Source of the DNA: Lytechinus pictus
Lineage: Eukaryota
DNA: 64,000 nt
Reading direction: 5' to 3'
NCBI RefSeq assembly: GCF_037042905.1
Contig: NC_087251.1
Location: forward strand, 29,204,001 to 29,268,000
Position numbers and translations under genes: made by a program. Shown one piece after another: positions 38,401-50,400 of the stretch. How positions within the stretch are numbered: the stretch's first letter is position 1; each line of letters begins with the position of its first letter. The notes under the pieces were generated by a model. It worked only from the letters and a program-made list of their open reading frames with translations. It was not told the origin of the DNA and did no database searches.

Positions 38401-41400
38401 TATGAAGGCCCTACAGGAAAATAGGTCTATACATACACAAGGTTCCAAAGATTTTTTTCAAAGCGCAAGATCATCTTCAAAATGACCTCTGTGACCTTTC
38501 CACAAATGACTGTACAGTAGACAAATTCACAAGATTTAATTTAATATACATGTATGTATCAAATTGCTTTGGAGTAAAATCTATGAGAGGTTATTTTATA
38601 AAGTGGAACGCCTCTGGCAGTCTCACCTGCATTACGCGATTCGATATAGCAGCAGTGCTGACTTTGAAAACAGCTATTACATAATTATTCACAAAAGAAA
38701 ACACTCATATGATAATAAAATACTATGTCCAATGACCCAACATGACCTTTGACCATGATCATGTGTCCTAAGACATGTGCAAAAGAATCATTCATACTTG
38801 ATTACCCTTATGTCTATGTTTCATGAACTATATTTGTAGATCTATCCATAAACTTTCTAAGTTATGATACCAATTCAACAAATACCCCAACACGGCCAAA
38901 GTTCATTGACCCTAAATTACCTTTGATTTTGGTCATGTGACCTGAAACACCACAAGATATTCAGGGATACATGGTTACTCTTATGTCTGAAGGTTCATGA
39001 ACTACATGTAGATCTATAAACTTTTAAAGTTATGACATTTCCACAAATACCCCCAAATATTATCAAAGTTTGCTGACCCTAAATGACCTTTGACCTTGAT
39101 CATGTGACCTGAAACTCACACAATACGTTCAGGGATACTTTTAAAGTTATGACATTGCTCTTATGTCTACGTTTCATGAAATACAATGTAGATCCATAAA
39201 ATTTCAAAGTTATGACAATCCCACAAATACCCCCAACATGGTCAAAGTTTGTTGACCCCAAGTTACCTTTGACCTTGGTCATGTGACCAGGCAGGATGTG
39301 CAGTAATACTTGATTACCCTTATGTCCAGGTTTCATGAACTAGATCCATATACTTTCTAAGTTATGATGACATTTCAAGATTTCAATGTTGATGACGCAG
39401 CCGCCGTCGGAAAAGCGGCCCTATAGTCTCGCTCTGCTATGCAGGCGAGACAATGATGCAATTTAACCTTTGACTCTTGACCCTAGGAGGTAGGAAGGCC
39501 CATTGCTTGACCTCATAAGACAAATTAAAGAGAATAATTTCCAATAACTGATGATAAAAGAGGAATTACTTGGAGGAAATAATTATTAGTTTGTGGGGGC
39601 GCTGTGGTTACAAGACTCTTGTCTTTCAATATGAGGGACGTGGCCTTGGGTTCAATTCCAAGCCATGGTGTGTTTATCTTTAGCAAGAAATTTACCCACA
39701 ATGTGCTGAACTCAACCCAGGTAAAGTAAATGGGTACCAGCAGGAAGTATTCCTCAAAAAGCTGTGAGCACCAGAATTGGTAGACTAGCTCAGTCACGGT
39801 AATATAGGAGTGCCTTGAGCACCTGACAAGGTGGATACGTATGCTACATAAATCCTCTATTATTATTTATTTTGTCCTCAAAAGAACTTAAAGAAAGCAA
39901 AATATAATTGGTATAATTGCGAAGCTTCTTGACAAGGAATATTCAACATATTTCTAACCCAGTCTAGCTCTAGACAAAAAAGTTTAAACTGTCTTTAGAG
40001 CACTAAATGTATAACTCATGGCAGCAATAATTGGGGGCTTCCTTAGAAAAATAAAAGCATTTTTATTGGATCATGCAATCATCCAGGGTGTGTTGCTATG
40101 TCAGTGAATGAACTACCTTCTGCTAGGAATACTTGAAACCCCCCAGGTGAACATAACCATTAACAAGCGGAACGCCTCTGGCAGTCTCGCCTGCATCACA
40201 CAATTTAATATAACAAGTTGCTGACTTTGAAATCAATTATTCACAAAAAACACACATACAAAAATAAAATGTTCATTGACCTTAAAATGCCTAAATGACC
40301 TTTGACCCTGATCATAAGAATTAAGACTCCTGCAAAATGATCAGTGCTACTTTGTTACCCTCATGTCCACATTTAATGAACTAGATCAATAAACTTTCAA
40401 TTAGATTGTTATGATGCCAATTCAGCAAATATCCCTAACATAGCCAAAGTGTGCTGAACTTAAATGACCTTTGACCTTCTTCATATGACCTGAAACTCGT
40501 ACAGGATGTTCAGTGATACTTGATTGCTCTTATGTCTAAGTTTCATGAACTAGATCCATAAACTTTTAAAGTTATGATGGCAAAACAGGAAATGCCCCCA
40601 ACATGGCCAAAGTTCATTGACCCTAAATGACCTTTGACCTTTTTCATGTGACCTGAAAGTCACTCAGGCAGGATGTTCATTAATACTTAGTAATATCTAT
40701 AGTATGGCTGTGCTATTCAGGCAAGACAAAAACAGCATCAAACCAAATTTGCCTATAGATTCATTGAGCAGTTTTGTTACCAATAAATGAGATTTTTTTT
40801 ATTTTTGAATGAAACTACATCTCCATTCATACTTGACCTTAAATTCAGCACTGAGCCAGAACCTGACAGTAACACGATTATTGGCTTGTGAATTGAGTGC
40901 ACTTAAAGAACATTTGAGGCATTTGCAGAAGGCCCAATTGGTTAATCTGGACTTCATGAGATTGATCTTGAAACCAGCAATACAGTAGGCCTATATGTTC
41001 AGCAAATGAACTTGGATTTTCGGAATATAGAAAGAAAAATCAAAGTACTGCCAGAAGCTATAGATGCCAGGATTGTTAGATGCAACATTTATTCTTGGAT
41101 CGTTCATCATTAATTTCATCAAAAATCTAGGCAAGCTATTTAACTTTGTGTATAATTCTCAACTAGAGTTTTACTCATATTTTGGAGAACACAGGAGAAT
41201 CTGTTTATCAGCATTGTCATTGGTCATCCTCCGGACATTTGTGCATCATTTAATTGAATCTTCTAAGCTATGATTTTAATAAGTAGGCCTATACATGTAG
41301 TTATTTAACATCATCATCAAAGACAACTTCGAGTGCACATTGTGTACAAGAACTTTACCTGGATTTTGTACTATGAATCTAACACATTCTTAATCATTTG

Positions 41401-44400
41401 GACTGTTTGTTTACATTTTGTTGGACCCATCAAGAATTTATGAAATTGTAAGGTAATCTTGTATGTAATCTCTATTATCCCCCCAAAAGTTCAAGAAAGA
41501 CAATTGCACATTACCAATAACTTTCTGTTGTGAGGACATACAATGTACATTGTAAATGTAAGGCCTCCATCTTAGACTACACGTACATGTATGTACTACA
41601 TGTATGAACAGGGTATACTACAGAGCGTATAAAATAAAAGTATACACTTTGAAATATTAAATGTTTCTAATATCCTGAAGCTTTTTCCAGGTTTATATGT
41701 TCGTATAGGTGACTTTGAGGGAATGACGATAGGAATTCAACAAATCTTTCCACTATAGTGAGCACCATTTACTTTTTTAAAAAATTGTGAAAAATGATCA
41801 GTGCAAAACTATGAAATATGGATAAAAGTAGATGTTAATGACAAAGGGCACATGGGCATTAGCTAAAAAATAACAATTTGAAGGTATCTTTTTCCTTTCT
41901 AACTTGTTTTCTTGGCCAAAACTCCCTCAAGCCCCACCGTCCCCATACACAGACCATCACAATATATGTAGCACTGATCCACATGAAATAATATGCTTGA
42001 TTGTTCTTGTAATTCCATGTATTCCTTATTAATATTATACCTGGGGAAAGTATGGAGAAACAAGTATGAAATGTTAACACCTTCAAATGACAAACTTACA
42101 TGTAACTAAAGAAAAATGCTGGAGATGTCTGAAATGAACTTTTGTATAAATTTGGCTTATTTGTTTCTTTTTATGTCCCCAGATCAAGCTGACACAAACA
42201 ACATAAACACAATAATGTTTAGCTTGGAGCTTGGCCCTTGGGTAAAGTATTTATTCAGGTAGGGAAGAGAGAAATGGACAGCACAGTTACTTCATTTTTG
42301 CACGCTTTACAGAAATAGACAGTGCTCATTCAAACACTCTGTCAAAATTAAACTTTCATCTGATAGATGAGATCAAAGCCCAAGAATATATATGAAAAAA
42401 TTATCCCATTGTCATTTTTTTTCCAATTTGGGGGTCTTTTTCAAAGTGTATTGTAAACTTTTTTATTGATACACACTGTAGTCTGTAGACCCTAGCCTAG
42501 GCTATATAGATCTAAAAAAAGTTAGACTTAATATAATAATGCAGTTTTGAGTGGATGATTAAGATGAGAAAAGGAGAGATCTGAGCTGGATGCACATAAT
42601 TCAATGGGCTACTATGTCAGGCAAGCAAAGACACGACTTTTAATGACAAACCTCTTAACCATTTTTTTTTTTTTTTGTAAGGTTGAGGAACATATAACTA
42701 TAACTACCCAGCGGGCTGCGCTGCTGACGGTGCATGCACGGGGACAGGTCCCCGGGGTGTACACCTACCTTTCGCTGTTGTCTTTCCCAAGCTGGATCCA
42801 AAACTTCATCACGATCCCATTCTTCCTCCTGTTTCATATAATCATCTTCGTCGTCATCGTAGGCATAATGGTCTTGGTTGCCATAGTACGCCATTTTGCC
42901 GGTGGTTACAAGATTTTCCCTCTACAGAACTAAAAGTTTATACAAAAATCGGTGATCGTCCGACGTCTACGAGCGCGGACCCCGGCGGTCGACGATCGTC
43001 GATTTCAACTTTCAAAGGTCACACAATAAGTATTCAACTCGAACCGGCCCCAATACATGTACCATGTGACCCGGAAGTGAGTATGGAGAATTTAGAAATG
43101 ATCATAATTAGTGTTCTTGAACATAAATCGGAAGGGGAAAAAAACATCTCCAAAATATTGACGACTCGGGTGACATGATTGATGTCTAAATGAAGAAATA
43201 AATTTGAACCAATGACCATCAGGCACAAAAAAAAGAATTCAAATCCAGCTATGAACTTTTGTTTTATTCTATACACCTGATATTGTTTTTTGTATATATG
43301 ATCAACTCGTTTACTTCATTAAATAAAAAATAAAAAAAAGAAATCACGTTCGAACCCCCAAATTGTCGGTTGTAAAAAGAAAAAAGAACTAGGCGGATGC
43401 GGTAACAAAAAAGAGCTCAAATTCCTGTAAATCTTTTGTTATTGGACGAGTCAGTCGTATCATAATACCTAAAGCCATTCACCCGATTGAAAAAGGGTAT
43501 TACGAGTAAAGAATTGATTTTCTTCCACGTTTTAGCCTACGCAGTGCGGGATTAAAAAGCAAAATCTACGGTAAAAAAAATCGAAAGCCCCGCGCCCGTT
43601 ACAGAATTGCAGTCAGACTCGAACTCCGAGCCATGTAAACAAACCGACACTCAAATATATTCTCCCAACCTCTCCGCACTCCGTAATATGTAATTCAAGA
43701 GCCATATTTGGCAAGCCCGCTCTATCGCGTTAGCCAAGTGTGTGTATTATAACTGCACTGGCTTCGCATTCCGAACCTTTCATAGTACACCCCGGGAGGA
43801 ATGCGAATAGCATATAGGCTATAGGTATAGCGATTGCCTCGCCGTGTGTATACCCAGTTCAGTCAAGTATATGTACCGGATCCTTTGAATCATCAAATAT
43901 TTTACTTCCAGCCCGAAAGTACAGTAAAACACGAACAGTTAAATTCGAAATATACATATTTCACAAACTATTATTCTAGAGAAACTGATAAATCTTTATC
44001 TCATTTGCTTTATAAAAGTCTTTTAGGCTTTGGGGTTAAATTGATATTTGTTTAAAGTCGTGAATTGAAGGAAGTTACCTAAACAGAAACAGAAACAAAG
44101 GAAGTTAATTTCATTTCTCCAGGAGAAAATCACAAGTCACGGGTGTCAGGCTTAATATCATTGGATAATGAACGATTTGACACATTGCATACATATTCAA
44201 TTAACGTATGTTCATTTAAATACCATGGAACTATATCCATTGTAAGACAATATACTGAACAGAGCTCAAGTCTGGAAAAGTGGGCGGGGTCGTTACACCA
44301 CATGGCTTGCTTCAGCTCAGTCAATAGAGCTCATAATATACACTGTAAAGTTGAAGTTTCGTTGCCGGAAGTTGGTGTGTGGCTTCGACCTATCGCGCGC

Positions 44401-47400
44401 TCATGTGCGTACCGTTCTCTCGATTCGCTCTGACTGTAGTGTTCCCACAGAAATATAACAATTCGTTGAGTGTTCCTGGATTGTCTTTACAGCGCCAGCT
44501 AAAGTTCAAAGCCTACACATTGTTGTCAAATCAATCCGAATCGCATGATTGATTATGTGAAATTTGTAAAGTTTCATCGTTCGCCTGATATAACTCATAA
44601 TGATTCATAATTCACGCATACATGTAGGTGAGAAAAAACAAGTTGAAGAAAGGATACCAAAAAATCAATTTTTTGGCGGACAGTAATTGAGTTTCAAAAA
44701 GAAAATCACGCCTACGTTCCAAAGCTGTTCTTTGAATTGATACCTCAATCACAGAAAATTGTCAAAAAATAACAAAGTTCTGTTATTTCAAATACGCTTG
44801 AATTCCAGTTATTTTATGAAATGAAGAGATTTTACAGTCTATAGCCGTCAGATTTACCCTGCGTTTTGTTGACGATAAGTCAGCCATGCATGAAGTTTTT
44901 TGTTAAAGGGATGGTCCGGGCTGAAAGTATTTATAGCTTAATAAATAGAGTAGAATTCACTGAGCAAAATGCCGAAAATTTCATCAAAATCGGATAACAA
45001 ATAATAAAGTTATTGAAGTTTAAAGTTGAGCAATATTTTGTGAAAACAGTCGTCATGAATATTAATTAGGTGGGCTGATGATGTCACATCTCCACTTTCC
45101 GTTTTCTTATGTTATTACATAAAATCATAATTTTTTCATTATTTCATACTTGTGTGAAAAATATGTCTCCTTATAATGAAATAAGTTGCAGCAATAAATA
45201 TCTAATGCACTAAATCAGTTGTCATTCCAATTTTTTTACTTCTTGGAGGAAAAATTTGAATAAACCTAATTTCATATAATAAAATACAAAAGAACAAGTG
45301 GAGATGTGACATCATCAGCCCACCTAATGAATATTCATGACGACTGTTTTCCCCAAATATTGCTAAAATTTAAAATTCAATAACTATGTTATTTGTTATC
45401 CGATTTTGATGAAATTTTTGGCATTTTGCTCAGTGAATTCTACTTTATTTATTAAGCTATAAATACTTTCAGCCCGGACCATCCCTTTAACCGTGCGACA
45501 TGGCTCCGGTGGGGAATCCGTAATTTACACGTTTGGTTATAATGAAATTATGGAAATACAATTAGCATCAATTCAAAGAAACATAATTTATCATACAATT
45601 TTTCTGTGATTGAAGTATCAGATTAAAGACCAGATATTGACAGTTTTAAACAAGTGACTTTTTTGTATTCTTTTTCAAATCGTGTTCACTCACTCATACG
45701 TGAAGAAGGAAACTCCTAAATGTAGCTGATTTGGATGTATACAATAATTTATACCAGATGAAAGACAAGACTAAGCTTTACAATAATAGGTCATTTGTCT
45801 ATTGTTTTGTGATAAAGTTATGATAAACCAATAAAACCATCGATAATTCTCGGTTTCGTTTTATTTGGGACGCGCTGTATCGAAATAATTTTTTCTGTTT
45901 ACTTTATATCCACGATGCTATCGGCACGTTTGCCTGTTGAACGACCATAGTTCCTTTTCTAGTGGTAGGACACTATTGGCAAATAAACTTGTCCATTTCT
46001 GTTTTTTAATACTTAAGCTCTTAGGAGGTTATACTGATAAAAAATGTTGTATTTATTTATTACAAATAATGCTTTCAACAATATTTGTTAGGATGAATAT
46101 CATGAAGATGTAACATAATAATACTGTACACACACACAATCATGTGGGCTTACACTTATTTTCTCTTCTGTTTCCCACACGCACAATTTCTTAATCATTA
46201 TGTACATGTTCAATTCTTACATTTTTATTTTTTTTTAAATAATGGACTTTGTGGGCCTATATGAAACTTAGAATGTCTCTTTGAATAATGACAGAGATTA
46301 ACATATTATATTTCCATCTTTAAGTCCATTAGCCTCAAGATACACAGGTGACAGGGGGTTTCGTACCATATACAGCGAAAAAGCCTCTTTTCAATTGTTA
46401 TCACTTTGTGAAAATTTGATTTTTCATGGGGGTCTATCACACTCTCTTGGACTTGCTAATGATTTTATTTTTCTAATGGCCATCTTAGCACTAATCTTAC
46501 AAGCTAAATTACTGGATATCAAAAAGATAGAAACACATTATATTCTTCAACTTTCACACTACTCTAAATTCTACACTTGAATAAATAATTTCATTTCAAT
46601 AACTGATTAAGGGCATATTACGATGTCCATTCATATAAATATTTGAATAAATTTGAACATTTGGTGGGATTTGCTAGGATTTTGTATACAAACAACCCTG
46701 AAAAATATACTTCCATTTCTTATGGAGAATCATTGAATAAAAATTTAAGTGTACAAGTTTGCAGCTAAATTGATCAAATGCATCTCATGTGAAGAAGGAA
46801 TACATAGAGCAAAATATATCGGTATTTATGAAGCAGAGCAGAACCATGATAAATTACTAAACTTGATCACACAGCATGATTTCATATAAAAAGGGAGTAC
46901 ACTTTATATTGGTTCCTTCACAATACAGGAAAGGCAATTTAGAAAACCATCAAGTAATCTGAAGTTCCACTTTGTACTAACACTTGAACTTTACAGTTTA
47001 GAGTATTCTTTTGGTTAAATTTAATTATGTACATTTTTAGAGATAATAATAAGTCTTGTACAATATACCAGCATGTTGGATGATGATATGACCAAGGAAA
47101 GGACTAGATTCATTGCTATATACACAATGTATCTATGAGGTTTTTAATTATTACAAATGGAAATAAAACCACTAACAGTGAACATTTGATCCCCATTCAA
47201 AGAGAAAAGCACTCAAACATTGATTTCCCATGCATGATTATGTGCAATATAACCAGCATGTAGATATAGAAATGAACACCATCACCATATATCAATTAAT
47301 TTTATTTCCATGATATCCTTTGGAAATGTATGTGAAACTTCAAGTACTTTTACTTCTCATTGGAATAGTACCAATTCAATGAATTCAATCTTTTTGTTTT

Positions 47401-50400
47401 AAAACCAAAATATTTTCAAAACAATTACATTTTACTTCATATTTATGGGGTTATTTTTTATTTTATTTAGGCCTACCCTGTTGTACTGTACATGTACATT
47501 GTATGTCTCTTTGAAAGGGAAATTCATACAAAGCAAGATCACTTTTCAAGTGAGCCTACATGTATGTAGACTGTGTAGTAAACCATCTGTGTGCTTGTAC
47601 TTGTCAGTCTATCTTTCTACAATAGTATATATACAATTAGTTTCCACAATAAAAAAATGTTTAGATCTCTCCATTCTGGGAATAAACTTCACAGTCTAAC
47701 AGGAATTGTGGGACCACATGTACAACTAAACAAAGATTAAAGACGTGGAACTAATTTGACTTGGTCCATTTCCTAATAGTTAAGCATTGCCAGTAATCAT
47801 TTCAATGATAGTCTACAAAGGTACATGTAATACACAATGAACCAACGATAGAAGAATTCACAGAAATGAATAGCTGCCTTCGATCTAAGTTCACATTCTG
47901 TAACCGCCCCATTTGCATCTTGGGGTTATCAGTGAACTATTGTACAGTAGTGAACACAAGCTTGATGTGTCAACATACCAGTAGTATGCAAACAGTGGAT
48001 TGTCTGATCATTGCCCATTCCTTAATATGTTGTATGCTAGTTTGTTTATGATCTATAAAAACTAATTCTATCTACTCAATGTAACATATATACATATGTT
48101 GTGTGTACATGAAAGTAGTATTCCAATCAAACTGCCTTTTATCATCACAATCCATGTGTACTACAGTACTTTTGTTCTAACAATAATTCAATGTCTTTAT
48201 GATCTGATAAGCAAGGATAAAATCATAAAACCTGTACTTTAGTCAAACAAATGGACATTGGCAACTCTGTACATCTACATAGCATAATGATTTAAAAAAA
48301 CCTCATGCAATGGATCTAACAAAATTGCAGTATGCTACTATGCTAGAACGTGCTTTATCTTCCTTTATCTAGACCACATTCATGTCATCTAAATTATCGT
48401 CTACAATGGGATTTGGATTATGGAAGAGAGAGCTTCAAAGTGATTGGAGTGTTAATATTAAGAATTATGATACACCTTAGAATGTAGTGTATGCTGTGAA
48501 TTATTGGAAACAATTAGGCCTATAAGAAAACAAGATAGTCTAGTCTGCCAAGTCACACACACTGCAAGCTACAACAAATACTGAAATCAGAATGTCAGTT
48601 CATAACATATCCGGCAACTTCATTCCTAAACCCTTTTCACAAAGAGCCTTTCTACATAGGTATACATCTCTTTATAATTGATACTACCAGCAAAACAAGC
48701 TAAGACATATCAAATTCAACAAAACTGAATTTCTAAAGGATCAGGAAATAAGAATTATTAGTATTGAAAATAATAGCAGAATAGATGAAATATACATTAA
48801 ACCAGGGAGTTGGGATCCAAAAACACATGTGAAAATTTGAAATTTGATTTACATATCTAGTGCCCTCTCTTGGTTAAATTTTTTTTCCTTAAAATATGAC
48901 CCTTTGAGCATTTAATGTATTTTTTTTAAATACACAAATGGATAAGGCGTACATGTACGAGTAGAAATTTTCAACCCAATTCAAGTTTGAAAAGAGGAAT
49001 TATGTAAGAATAGAAAAAAGAAATATTTGATCAGGCACTTGATAAAAATATTATTTTCCTTTTTTCTAAAACAAATTTTCATGCCAAATTGCAAATTCAT
49101 CCAACACAATTTCACTCCATAACCTAGTGCATAACAATGTAGTAATGAACTGAAACAGTGCCATTCACTTTATGAGGGATTAACTAAAACTAAAAAAAAA
49201 AAAAAAAAGATTTGATGATGGCTGGGCATTAATAATCACTTTGTAATTCGGTAGTTAAATGAACAACTTTCGAAATACATCCCCAGAAAAGGACTATATT
49301 AATTTCTTGTATAGTAGTGGATCATATTACCAAACACATTTCACGAATTTTTAATCATATCATTCAAACACAATAAACAAAATATAAAGACGTACATTTT
49401 ATTGCCTTAAACAATTTTCTTTAACTAGATCTATACTTAATAGTTATTATAGCTAGATTTCATCCAAGTACATGATCAACACATGAATGCTATTGCAGGC
49501 CTGGCTATTGACAGTGAGACTATCGCTTCTTATCTCCGAAGAGCGGAGGATCAAAACTGAGAGATATCAGCTTCCAAACGTACCACTCTTTGTATGTGAA
49601 ATGTTTTGGTCACAAGTTTGAGAAGTGTACCAGATTATACCAAAGATGCGTCTTCTGTGAGACAAGTTGGAAAATTAAAATAACATAGCTGCTATTTTTA
49701 CCATATTTAGAGAAAATGACAGAAAATTGGCACACTGGCACAAATTATTTTAGATGGAGATAACATCAGTGACAGACCTGGAAACTCGACAGCATAATTG
49801 CATTTTTCCAGTACTGGCAGTAGATCCAGTACCCCTTTTCATCATCTTTCTAGTTAAATTTGATTTGGAAGGATACTGCGTAGTTTATAAAGCACACAGC
49901 ATAATTTACAAATATTTATTATAGGCTAGTCGGTAGTAGAGAGACTGACATGTAGATCTACATGGCCAAATTATTTTTCTTTTTTAATGGCACTGTCAGT
50001 AAGAGTAGGTAGGCTACCTCAAATAATCATGGGCCATCTATTCTAGGCTCTAGATCATGTAGATCTAGAGTCTAGTCCTGCTACCGGCCTAGTTACTTCG
50101 CATGGTTAAGTGATTAGGGCAGGGCCTAGGGCATGTCGGGCCTTGGCTAAAATCATTGTGAACTGTGAAGCCATCGATTATCAGGTTTAATGACGAGACT
50201 GTCCTTTTTTCCTCAATCAAGAAATTCTTACATCATTACATGCATATGGACCGACTCTTAATTGTTAACCACCTGAGTGATGGATTCACCGGGAAGTAGA
50301 AAAGCCGGTATAAACAACGTTTTAATGTTAGCCTGTCCTCCGGGTGTCCTCGATCTCGAGTTGGCGCCGACCGTCTCACTTTGTCAGCGAGGCTCTGCCC

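Noticed and set aside
38700..40700. Regularly spaced repeats that superficially resemble a CRISPR array
   Set aside because: Whole 165-bp units are homologous with no unique spacers; eukaryotic context and no cas genes.
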